From: Microcaecilia unicolor
Lineage: Eukaryota
Direction: 5' to 3'
Assembly: GCF_901765095.1 (NCBI RefSeq)
Contig: NC_044034.1
Location: forward strand, 62,434,339 to 62,498,338
DNA length: 64,000 nt
The position numbers were made by a program, and so were the translations under genes. This document shows positions 35,301 to 46,620 of the stretch, one piece after another. The notes beneath the pieces are model-generated. The model was not told where the DNA came from. It ran no database searches and saw only the letters and a program-made list of their open reading frames with translations. The stretch's first letter is position 1. Each line of letters starts with the position of its first letter.

Positions 35301-37800
35301 TGTAGGCAAGGAAGGAATGGAAGTTGGAACTTGGAACACTCTGGTGCCCACATGTAAGATTTGTCTCTGATTCACTGGCAGTGTGTGCTGAGAGGCCGCC
35401 ACATGCACGCGCCAGTAGGTCAGGTGACATCTGATTCTCGTGCCTGTGTCAGAGCTGAGGTCTGTGCACCAGCCTGGGAGCAAAGAGGATTAATAGTAAC
35501 ATAGTAAGTGACAGCAAATAGACCTGAACGGTCCATCCACTCTGCCCAATAGTCACACTCATGATCAATTCATCATTAAATCAACGAGTGTGATATTATA
35601 TACTTGATTATGGTCTTTCTTTCGTGTTTCTGGAACAAAGACCACAGGAGTCTATCTGGCCCCATCCTTATGTTCCAACTGCTGGAGTTGCCATCAAAGC
35701 CCACTCCAGCCTATTCATGTTCTCATTTGTGGGACACAGACCGTAAAAGTCTGTCCAGCACTGTCCTCATGTTCCAGCCACTGAAGTTGCTGTCTAAGCC
35801 CTTTCCAGCCCATCCTACACCAGATTGCCATGTATGAGACACAGAACATACAAGTCTGTCAGGTATCAGCTCTAGTTCATCACAGCCAGAGTCGCCATCT
35901 AAGCGTCACTTGACACATCCACACACATGCAGCCATTTAAGGTTAGCTTTTATATAACTTCCATTTTCTAATTAGAGATCCTCTGTGTTCATCCCACGCC
36001 TTTTTGAATTCCGTCATCATTTGTGACTCTACCACCTCCTTAATGGAAGACTTTCCACATTTATGCTGTTAAAGCAAGGAAGAAGAGGAGGAGGAGGAGG
36101 AGACAGCACTCAAAGAAATTGGTATTCGGTAGATGAGAGGCTGGTGCAGGTGCAGCTTACACTTCCACGGGAAGCCCACAGAACTGCCTCCGTCCCCGCG
36201 GGAATCCCGCTGAACTGCCTCCGTCCCCGCGGGAATCCCGCTGAACTGCTTCCATCCCCGCGGGAACCCCGCAGGAACTGCCTCCGTCCCCGCGGGAATC
36301 CCGCGGGTTCCGCGGGATTCCCGCGGGGACGGAAGCCGTGCAGCTCTCTACTCTGTATGCTGCTGTACAGACTGAGGAAATTGACAATTATTTGGCTGCT
36401 CGGGGTTTGTCGGTTTTATCTGAATTACAGAGAAGGGAACTGGAAGCTCCGGTGACGGTGGACAAGGTGATGCAGGTTATTAAGACATTGCTGACGGGTA
36501 AGGTGCCGGGTTTGGATGGATTTACGAATGAATTTTTTTAAAGACCTTTGTGGGGGAGTTGGCACCCTATTTGACGTTGGTCATTAACTCTGTTAGGGAT
36601 GGTGTGTCTTTTCCCAAGTCTATGATGGAGGCCTGGTTGGAGGTAATTCCAAAACCAGACAAAGATAAAACTGAATGTGCATCATATCGCCCTATTTCTA
36701 TACTCAATACTGTTGTTAAAATATTGGCTAAGGTGCTTGCGAATCGTTTGGGCAATGTGCTTCCTAATTTAATCCATCTAGATCAGGTCGGTTTTGTAGC
36801 AAAGTAGCAGGCAATGGATAATATTCGTAAAACTTTGGACTTACTTTATGCATCTCAGTTGAAAGCCTGGCCTGTGGGGTTATTAGGACAGGATGCTGAA
36901 AAGGCCTTTGACAGGGTACATTGGGGATATTTGGATAAGGTTTTACATCGATTTGGGTTGGGACCGTTTTATAGGTCCTGGATTCAGGCGTTCTATTCTT
37001 CGCCGCAGGCTTGTGTGAGAGTAAATGGGGAGAATTTGGGGGCTTTCTTTTTGGGGCGTGGTACCAGACAGGGGTGTCCGTTGTCTCCTCTTCTATTTGC
37101 TCTGGCGATGGAGCCTTTAGCGGCAGCTATTCAAGAAAATGTAGACATCACCGGGGTAAGGGTGGGAGAACAGGAACATAAAATCACATTATTTGTGGGC
37201 GATGTTCTCCTGTCCTTGACTAAACCGTTAGTTTCTCTTCCTAACTTAATGAAGGAGATGGCGGCGTACTCACAGATATTTGGATACAAGTTGAATGCGA
37301 GTAAGTCCACTGGGATGGCTGTGGGGGTATCACCTAGGCTGATGGAGGCGTTGAAGACTTCCTTTGCTTTTAAATGGTCTGTCAGAGATCTTCGCTGTTT
37401 GGGGGTTCAGATTCCTGGGAACCTGTCAGAGTTGTTTGCTGTTAATTATCCGGCTGTTCAGAAGGCGATGCAAAGAGATTTGGATAGATGGATGTCCATG
37501 GGTCTCACCTGGTTTGGGTGGATTGCTGCGATTAAAATGAATATTTTACCTCGCTTATTGTATTTATTTCAGGTACTTCCCTTTCCTTTGTCTAGGTCAT
37601 TCAAGACAGTTTGATTCGTTTTATTTGGTATCATAATAGACCGCGTGCTTTTTTATATAAGAGTAAGCATGCTGGGGGATTAGGGGTATCTAACTTGTTC
37701 TGGTATTATTGTGCTGCGCAGTCTAGATCGGCTCTTGAGTGGTTTCAGAGGGAGGATCATAAATTGTGGGTACATATTGAGCAATCTTTGGTTTCTCCAT
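32399..37800 (+). mobile_element. Degenerate L1-like LINE (lineage 1). ORF1 at 32399..33368 has stops. ORF2 endonuclease is at 33813..34565 and RT at 36338..37614. A hAT-like element has split it at 35031..36358, and its 3' end is replaced by a gypsy-like fragment.
   Basis: ORF1 motifs (…LENWGRRQNLRF*GVPE…, …ARVSIYQDLS…YRWAFPF…). EN motifs (…VFLQETDF…, LVAGDFNAT…). RT motifs (KVPGLDGFTNEFF, YRPISILNTVVKILAKVLANRL, GTRQGCPLSPLLFALAME, FIWYHNRPRAF…GGLGVSN). Confidence 0.75.
35031..36358 (+). mobile_element. Non-autonomous hAT-like DNA transposon, copy B. It has 15-bp TIRs (tagagagttgcacgg / ccgtgcagctctcta, 14 of 15 matching), an 8-bp TSD ctctgtat, subterminal ~22-bp repeat arrays and an internal CR1 3' fragment on the minus strand.
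   Basis: The TSD ctctgtat lies at 35023..35030 and 36359..36366. It interrupts L1 ORF2 between '…FYETLY' and 'STLYAAVQTEE…'. The terminus TAGAG fits the hAT YARNG consensus. An 8-bp TSD is typical of hAT. Confidence 0.75.
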
Positions 37801-37829
37801 GCAGGAGAAAGAGACGTCAGAGTCTCAAC

Positions 37830-38400
37830 CTTTGTCTGTATTGTGGTGATACTGGACATTATGCGGCCAGGTGCCCTCTTAAACCGGCACCCCTGGATCA
37901 GGGTTTGACAGCAGGCACTATAGTAAGTCTATCTTCTGACATTCTTCGTACTCAATTCTAGGTGCCAGCTGTGCTCGATCTTGGTCACAGAAAGGAACAG
38001 ACTGAAGTTTTCCTGGACTCTGGGGCTGGTGGAAACTTTATAACCGAGGCCCTGGTTCATCAGTTAAACATTCCTATACAAGAACTACCTAAGACCATGC
38101 CGCTTTTTTCAGTTTATGGACGCATTCAAGGTTATGTAAACACCCAGACGGGTCCGGTGAGCTTATGTATTGGGGATCACAGAGAAGACATTTCCTTTTA
38201 CGTCCTCCAGTCAGCCGTGCAACCCATTGTGTTGGGTCTACCGTGGATACAGAGCCACAATCCGATCTTAGACTGGGAAAAGGGTGAGATTTTGGACTGG
38301 GGTGAGTCCTGCAGGAAGGATTGCCTCGTGTCGGATCATGGTGAGATTGACAGCGAACGGCAAGACCAAGAATCAGATGCCTGGACTGACATGAAGTGGA
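37830..38400 (+). mobile_element. Fragment of an LTR-retrotransposon (Ty3/gypsy-like): the Gag CCHC zinc knuckle, then an aspartic protease
   Basis: CLYCGDTGHYAARC (C-x2-C-x4-H-x4-C) is followed by '…VFLDSGAGGNFI…' with the DSG catalytic motif. Then '…VLGLPWIQSHNPILDWEKGEI…', a typical retropepsin C-terminus. Confidence 0.65.
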
Positions 38401-38592
38401 AGAGTGGCCTAGTGGTTAGGGTGGTGGACTTTGGTCCTGGGGAACTGAGGAACTGAGTTCGATTCCCGGCATAGGCAGCTCCTTGTGACTCTGGGCAAGT
38501 CACTTAACCCTCCATTGCCTGCCGCATAGAGCCTGCCATGAGTGGGAAAGCGCGGGGTACAAATGTAATAAAAATAAAATAAATAAACATTA
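38400..38592 (+). mobile_element. tRNA-derived SINE with a MIR-like core and an A-rich tail (…gggtacaaatgtaataaaaataaaataaataaa)
   Basis: tRNA-like head ggcctagtggttagggtggtggac…gagttcgattcccggcataggcagc with a B-box gttcgattccc. The core ctctgggcaagtcacttaaccctc resembles the MIR/Deu core. A minus-strand copy of the head lies at 41811..41925. Confidence 0.7.
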
Positions 38593-40369
38593 GTGACTCA
38601 CAGTCCCAGGACTTGGATGTTGCTGCAATGGGTCTGAACTGTGTCTGCATGGCACCCCCGATCAGTCAGTCCCAAGCTGGAGTCGGCAAGGCGTCCAAAC
38701 CCCAGAGTTCCGCCATCAGGAGCTCTAAGAAAATCCCTTGAGGCGGGTTACCCTACACCTCCCCTTGAAGACAGGATTCAGGTCTTAAGGCTCGGGATCG
38801 CCATGATGTTCGGAAGTATCAAGGCTCGCAGAGGAGTCCCCAGCGAATCATGGCGGGTAGCCCTGCTTCGGTGCTGGGCACTCGGGCCAACTCGGTGTAC
38901 AAGCTCCAGCCCGGTCGACAACCGACCGTCTCACGACCCATGCCTAGTACGGGGATTATGGATCACTCGCTTAAACTCACCAACAGATTCCATCAGAGAT
39001 ATCCATGGAGACCTAGATCACCCGAGAGGTCCGGGGGGGCCTTGAGAGGGAGGAACTGTTATGACTCTGCCCCGGTATCATGCTCTCATTCATCGCGCCC
39101 CTTGGTGGTCGCAATGGACTGTCTGTCTGTGGTTTTCCCGGTTCCAGAAGTCATTCCGGTCCGGTCCGGATTTTCTAGGCTGCCAGTTGGTCTCGAGACT
39201 TTTTGGAACTAAGCTGTTTCCGTACCTGGTGAACTCCCTGGCTGTTGGCCTTTATTAACCACCTGGAAGTTTCACTAGTTTGCCTTACAACAGAGGTCCT
39301 CGGAGGTGTGTCTTCTGCGATTGTTTGTTGCTGTGCTTCCCTTGCTACTTTCAGTTTTTGCCTTTGAACCTTGTGCCTGGACTTGGACTTTATTTTGCCT
39401 GCCCACGGTCCTGCTGGGTTTGTGGACTATCTTCCTGCTCTCTGCTGTGGCTTCTGTTCCGGTGGGTGTTCCTCCTGCCGCTGCCGCCCTCGGCAGTAGC
39501 CCAAGGGCTCACTATCCAGTGTTTCATGTGAAGCCTGACAGTGAGGGAGTGTTTCTAAGGAAACCCTATCTTGAATCACCCACTCCCTTACATACCTTTT
39601 GGGATGTATTATTGCCAACCAGGAATTAAATTAACAGATATGAATGAGATAAGGTTGAGGTATTCAGCACACTATCAAAAAAAGCAATCAAGGAGTGGAA
39701 AATCAAATTTTTTTTTACAGTTTCTTTAGAGTAAAATTATGTTAGGATTAATTTTTGTTCAAGTTCTTACAATACCTTAGCAAGCTAAAAGAATCATCAA
39801 TGTATGTTTACTTCCCTCTATTTGCTAAGAACAAATACTAAAAACATGAATTTTTAGCCATCAATTTGCTTGTTCATCTGCAGGATACCCTTATTTGACT
39901 CTAACCATGTCACAGTGACTAGCAAGTCACAATAACACTCCTAATTCCAGCCAGTTTGTAGAAGAAGAATCCAAGCTGGGCATTACACTTGTGTGTGACT
40001 TGGGGAAACTTAGAATAAAAATAACTGAAGGGAGAGTTCACATCCTTGGGTGTGAGAAATCACTTACGGCTTGCCTATGAAGTGGGAGAGGCCGTAAGGA
40101 ATGTAAATAACCACTCTATTCTGTACCTGGCAGTTGATATGTGTACTTAAGACTCATGCTAAAAGAATTTTAATGTGCAACTTGGTAAAATTTATTGCAC
40201 ACGTTAAAACAGGTCTTAACATGCTGCCCAAGGGCATTGTAAAACTTCATCCATCTACATATCTCAGTTTCACTTGCACCCTCGGCTATGTATTAAGATT
40301 CCTTATTGTATTGTAAAAACAGTGTTACCATATCTTTGTTATTTGAATGTTCTAATGTCTGCCTATTAG

Positions 40370-41260
40370 TTGTTGTTATGCCCCTCACCTCCGGTTCGGC
40401 GGGATGCTCCAGGGAACCAGGAACACCCACCGTTGTAGCGGGCCCGGTGCTCTCTTCAGCAGCACTGAGCTGGACCGACGCTCCTGTCGGCCACGCTGCC
40501 TTCACGCTGATGTTGCCGCCGTTCCCACAGGTACTGGGAGCACCGCTGTCCTTCCTGTGCCCCGTTCTGCGGCCTGCCCTGGGCCGTAACCATGCCTTCT
40601 TGCTTCACAAGGATTGGCTTCCTCCGCGGGCAGGCTTCTGACTCTCTCCCTCATTTGCCATTGGTCCTCGACTGGTCTCCCCCCCCCCCAGCTGGTCCCG
40701 GCTGACATCAGACGCCAACACTATTTCAGGGAAGCTCTTCCTCTGCTGCTTTGCTTCGGCTTCTAATTGGTGAGCTTTCTTCTTCACTGTATTTTGTGTG
40801 CATTTCTGGTTCTGGACCCTGCTAGTTCCTGGTATACTCTCTTGTCTGCTGCCTGCCTGTGATACGTCGCCTGGACCTGGTCTACTCTCTTGTCTGCTGC
40901 CTGCCTGTGATACGTTGCCTACTCTCTTGTCTGCTGCCTGCCTGTGATACGTTGCCTACTCTCTTGTCTGCTGCCTGCCTGTGATACGTTCGCTAGAACC
41001 TGGTCTACGCACTCTTGTTTGCTGCCTGCCTGTAATTAATGGACTGTACCTGGACCTGTTCCTTCTGCTCTCCATCAGCTGGCTCCTCATGGCACCCCGC
41101 TTCTTGCCTCTCAGTATAAGTCCTGTCTGCCGCCCACACCTGGGTGCTCAACCCTCAGGGAACGGCGGTCACCACAGGTGAAATTCGGGGTTGTCTGGGA
41201 ATCCGGGTCCGAATTCCTCGCACCCGGCAGCCCACTGCTCAGCACAGGAACTCACAAAGC
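40370..41260 (+). repeat. Unclassified ~850-bp interspersed repeat, copy 2, with 3.5 internal ~42-bp tandem units (ctactctcttgtctgctgcctgcctgtgatacg…)
   Basis: Colinear with 18466..19310, including the 3' block cacctgggtgctcaaccctcagggaacggcggtcaccacaggtga. Confidence 0.6.
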
Positions 41261-41489
41261 TGACAGGTGTTTCATTGATCTTGTGCTGGCATTGTATCAT
41301 ATCTGTTATGTGAATTGTATTCCTTGCTGTCTGAAAAACGAAAGAGAGGAAAAGACTGTGCAGAGTAAACACAGGAAACCAAAGAACGGAGGTGGTCAAA
41401 TGAAACAGAGACGTGAATCACAGTTGCAAATAGGAAGTCAGCCATTAATAAAGACTTCCTATTTGCACCTGTGATTTAACGCCTCCATT

Positions 41490-42210
41490 TTTTTTGGCCA
41501 CCTCTGCTCTTTGGTTTCCTGCTGTCTGCCATAGCTTTGTTTGTATTGCACTGACTTTACCAGAACACAGTGCTTTTACCACACTTAGAACATGTGAATG
41601 GTTTCACTTTATTTTGGATTTTCTTGTGTATTTTGTACGTTTTGCATTTGGCTGTATTTGTTTGAAAATGGATCAAGAAATAAAACATCCAAATCACAAA
41701 ACATTTTTCCAAACAGCATTTTCAAAAGGAAAAGAAACTTTTTTTTGTAGAAAATGACCTTTCCTGTTCTGATTTTGGACGTTTTAGAAAAGACGTCCAA
41801 ATTCAGACTTAGATGTCGTATCCAAAAATGCTGCTGGCGCATTTGACTTGCCCAGAGTCACAAGGAGCAGCAGTGGGAATTGAACCCATGCTACCAGGAT
41901 CAAAGCCCGCTGCACTAACTGTTAAGCCACTCCTCCTCTGTTTTAGATGTCTTGCATTTGGATGTCTTTTGTTCGAAAATGAACCAAAAAAAAGGACGTC
42001 CAAAACATCCAAATCACAGGACGTCCATAGTATTTTTGAACACAAAAGAAAGAAGTCCATCCTTTTCTAAAATAACCTTCTTTCCTGTTCGGAATTTGGA
42101 CGTCTTTGTAAAACGACTACATTCTGATCTAGACATTTCTTTCGAAAATGCCCCTCCACTTGACCTGCCCAGTGTTGCAAGGAATGTCAATGAGAGGAGG
42201 ATTTGAACCG
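41490..42210. repeat. Tandem duplication of a ~340-bp composite unit. Each copy ends in a minus-strand SINE head fragment (41811..41925; partial at 42130..42200).
   Basis: 41600..41840 and 41940..42130 share colinear words (ttgcatttgg…ttgaaaatg…acatccaaatcaca…ttcctgttc.gatttggacgt…). ORFs 41609..41842 (-) and 41952..42206 (+) are artefacts. Confidence 0.5.
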
Positions 42211-45129
42211 TGTATTGTCTGGTTCTCATATCACTAGACTTCTTTTCCACTCAAAATAACACACTGCTTCTTTAGTTGTACTCTGTACGTAGTATAACCA
42301 GAGGGAAATGTGTGAACCAGAAACTTGAAATCCAGTCATACATTTTTTTAAAGTTACATTTTGGATAGGGTCAAAGCCAAGTGAAACTATGTTGAATTAA
42401 TTTGTATTGTGACCAAGGGTACAGTTAAGTTTTGGAAGCCAAGCAATTCCAGATATCCGGATTTGAAAGTTACAGTTTTGATTATCCGACCTTCACTGAG
42501 CCGACCATTCAGCATATCCGACAGACCCCCGGTGACATCATGCATCTTTTCTTTCTGTTTTCCAATAGTGCAGGACCCTATTTTTATAGCAAAACAGCAC
42601 CGTTGTGAGCCGAGACCCTTCTTTTACTGCCTTTGTTTCTGCATTGTTTGAGTGGTTACCGTTGTTTTCTGTATTATCCATCTATTCATTTATCCAACAA
42701 CTGGTTTGGTCCCGTTTAGGTCGGATAATCGAGATTTGACTGTATTTATGTTTTTGCAAGTTAAAGTAAGATCCCTATATTTTAAAGAAAAACAATTGAG
42801 TATGCTTGAAAGCTAAATGTCTGTCTTCTGATGTTTGAAGGTTTTGGCATAATTTCTTGGATGCAGAATAGCTTTTTAAATGAGAATGAATTGAAAGCCT
42901 GTCAGGGATGTTCAACAACAAAACTGCATGTCTGGTTATTAACTTGCCCTAGCTCTGGGACCATCTACAGCATGAGGCAAAAGAAAAGTAACCCTCTAGA
43001 GCTTTTTTGCCATTTTCTCAGCAACTGCTTTGAATTTCAGTGAGAAATTTTACATACTTTTGTAGTCATCATACTTGCATATTACTATTAAACAACATTT
43101 AATTATCTTAAGCTGTGTTGATGTTGCTGACATTTTAGCATTACTACCTAGTGATTTTTGTGCATTAAAAATGTTCAAACTAAAACACGGTAAAATAACA
43201 TCATCCAAACGATACAGTTAACAGTGTGTCAGAATTTCACAGTCACCATGAATGCTCAAAGTGTTCACCCCCCAGCTTTAACATAGTTCCTTGGGGAAGT
43301 TCTAACAGCCTTGTTGATTGGTCCTTGTGGCAGGCTATCCGAGATCATCTGCAACAGTTTCCTTGAGTTCACCAATTGTTTGCAGAGGGTGGAGCTTGTG
43401 ATAGGCCTCCAACATTGCTCCCCAGACAAAAGTCTACATCACTCTGATGTCATTAACAGTAAGCTGGTACCCCGGTTTGTTTTTCAAAGTCTGTAACTTT
43501 GTGTTTAAAGATAATCTCATTCCACTCGATACATAAACGTAGAGAGTTACAACAAATAAAGTTGTAAAATTTCAAGTTGAAATTCCAAGCGGTTGCTGAG
43601 AAAATACCAGAAAACTTCAGGGGATTACACCCTGTAGATATTCTGGGGTTAACAGTCTACCAATTTATCTTGTTTATTTCAGAATTTATACCAAAGATAA
43701 TCTGGATCCTACCAATCTTCAAGATGTCGAAATTGCAAAGTATGCTGTTCTTGAAAAAGTAAGAGTTGGATCAGCTGAATTATTTTGCAGTTGAAGTTCT
43801 CTATCTTGTAAATCAATTAAAGTATTTTACTGACCTTTGCCTGATTTAAGTTTGTTAGTGCTACTGCTAGGGTCAAAGCCATCAGCACATGCAAATCCCG
43901 TGAGAGGTAAAGGACAAGCAGAGTGAGAGGAGGAGTAGTGATATACTAGAGCTTTGTGCAGTGATGACCTTGAACAGTAAGGCCCTCTATTAACTTATTA
44001 GGCAGCAGGACCAGTAAAGCGGCTGAGGTGGCAAGAGCTGTTCACTGTTGAAGGTCCCCAGTTCAGTTGCTTAACTGAGCCTTCCATTACCCAGATTGGC
44101 TGAGAGGGTGTTGAGGCGGCAGTGTTCAGTTTCCATGGCCATTGCTTATGAGCAGCACCAAGTTACCAGATTTAGGGCCTATGGTTTCAGAGTCTTAGTC
44201 TTTTTTTTTTGTTTGTTTAGCTCATAGAATAATGCCCCTGTTTATGAAATGTCATTAGGTTTCAATAGAGGCACTAGCCATTTTAAGTTGTGTACAGAGA
44301 TTTTTTACCATCTTAGGTGGGCAAGTTCCTCAGTATTGTAGTTGTGCCAGAAACAAGTAGAAGTTGTTCATTTTGACATCAGCAGACACTTTACTTTCCC
44401 AGTCCAAAAATGGTAAGGTATAAAATGGTATTGAAGTCAACTTTTGCTTATCAAACCACTAATACATGGAATACTTCAACGGAAGATATTAGAGCTATGA
44501 CTAATTATAAGTTCTTTTAGAAATCTTGAAAAACGTTTTTATTCTGCAAATATGTGTCTTTGAAATCTTAAAATGGGTTATTGGTTATTTAATAATGTTG
44601 TAATACATAGGTTTATCTAGTTATCATCTCTGGAAACCTGCATTGAATTGTTAGATATGTCATTTACAAGTACTGTAATGTAAGAGTTCAAGAACGAGCC
44701 CTGGTGCATGGCCCTTGGCTGAGCATTTGCATTGTAGTGACCTGATCAGCTATACAGGGTGGGGTGGGATTGGGGCTGAGTGGGGGGGAAGGGGGGTTAA
44801 GAAGGTGAAAAGGAAGGTTAATTGCTAGGGAGTAGGTAATAAAGGCTTATGGCACCAGATTCTAGCCCTCATTTCAGTTGAGCTGGAAGTATTAAGGAAT
44901 AAAAAGAAAAATGTTAATATCATAAGTGAGTTTTTTGTTCAAATGCTTTTCTCCTACCATTTTTTTATCTTGCGTGCTATAGTGGAATGCTTCTGCTGGG
45001 TGCACCAAGAGATAGAGATGTTAGCATGCCTGCCAGTCAGGCAATTTGATTAATGAAATGGCCACTGCTGACTGGTGCTATCTTATTTAGTACCATTACA
45101 TGTAGGCTTATAGGACCTTAAAAATATGA

Positions 45130-46620
45130 TGGGAGGGAATAGGGTTACCATATGGCCAGTTTTACCCGGTCATGTCCTCTTTGTGAGGACATGGCCAGGC
45201 ATCTGGGCAGGTTTTGCCAGCCTGCCCATTTGTCTGGACTTGCTGACGAACGGGTAGGGTGGTGGGCTTCAGGGTGTCCTCCCCTCCCCTCCTTTACCTT
45301 ATTGTAGTGTTCTGGTGGTCTAGTGACCTCTACGGGGCAGTAAAAAGCCCATCTTTCCTGCCTGGCGTGGCTGTAGACTGCCTTACTTCTGGCGCTGCTT
45401 CAAAATGCCTGCTGAGAGTTCAAGTGATGGCCTCATGAGACTTTCACATAAGTCTTGCAAGGTCACTGCTTGAACTGTCGGCAGCCATTTTGAATTGGCG
45501 CCAGGCGCAAGACAGTGTAGCCATGCCAGGCCCAAAGAGGCCACCAGGGCACTACAATAAGGTACAGGAGGGGTAGTGAACGAATGGAGTCGTGGGTGGG
45601 GGGAGACAGGAAAATTGGGGAGAGGATGTACATGGGGGGGGGGAGAGAGAGGGAATCTGGCTTTCTTTCAGGCAGATGATCAAAAGCAAACGCCGGCATG
45701 CCGGCGTTTGCTACCGCCCCATAATCAGAGCCCTCGAGCGAGTGAAACAACGCGCTCGAGGGCTCTTTGCGCAAGTAGCATGCAAATGCATGTTAAACAG
45801 GGCTTAGTGCATTCATCGCCGATGATCAGCGGTCAGCGCGCCAAAATTTGGGTTGCTGGCCGTGGCAAACCCTACGGCAGTTCCGAGCTGGCGTTAGGGT
45901 TTACAGATCATTGGGGAGGAATGGTGAGCCCTGTGTCCAGCATGCAGTTGCATGCTAGCAGGCCCCCGTTGCCCCCAAAGCAAACCTGCCAACAGGGGGC
46001 AGGAGGTCTGGCGGACCTCTGTTCCCCCTCCCCCCCCCCGACGATCCCACCCCCCCAGGTTCAGGGAGGGCTGGCAGTCCGGTGGATCTCCAGCCCCCCC
46101 AAACCCCCAGAAAATGGTCCCTGGTGGCCGCTGGCTAACCCCCCCCCCCCAGCAAGCGACAGGGGTGGGCTGGAGGTCCGGCGGACCTCCAGCCCACCCC
46201 AGCTCGCCCTCCCCCAGCGTTTTCAAGAATCCCTGGTGGTCCAGCATAAAAAAGAACCCCCTCCCAGCGAGCGACCGGGGGGGGGCTGGAGATCCGGCGG
46301 ACCTCCAGCCCACCCCAACTCCCCCCCCCACAACGTCTGAAGAATCCCTGGTGGTCCAGTGTAAAAAAGAACCCCCTCCCGCCCCCCCCTACCTTAGTTG
46401 GAGGAGGGAGGTAGGTAGCCTGCCTCCCTCCTCTTCCATGGGATGACGCTGCCGCCGCAAAATGGTTGATGACGTTGCTCGGGACAGGGGTAGTCAGGGC
46501 CTGGTGGTCCCATGGACCTCCAGCCCCTGTGTTTGACAGGTTTGGGCTTTTGACAGCCCAGATCTGTCAAACAAGTGCGGGAGGATTGTGCTGAGCGCAT
46601 GCTCGGCACAATTTGCCCGC
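45130..46620. repeat. GC-rich tandem array of ~120-bp units. The units contain the near-palindrome ctggaggtccggcggacctccag and ctggtggtccag motifs.
   Basis: Repeated blocks at 46040..46400 (…gggctggaggtccggcggacctccagcccacccc…ccctggtggtccag…aaaaaagaaccccctccc…). The ORFs on both strands here are low-complexity artefacts. Confidence 0.6.

Noticed and set aside
45576-46446. Long overlapping ORFs on both strands (254, 164 and 145 aa) in the GC-rich tandem array
   Set aside because: Proline/glycine-rich, low-complexity translations that repeat with the DNA period. The ORFs overlap in all frames, which is a compositional artefact.
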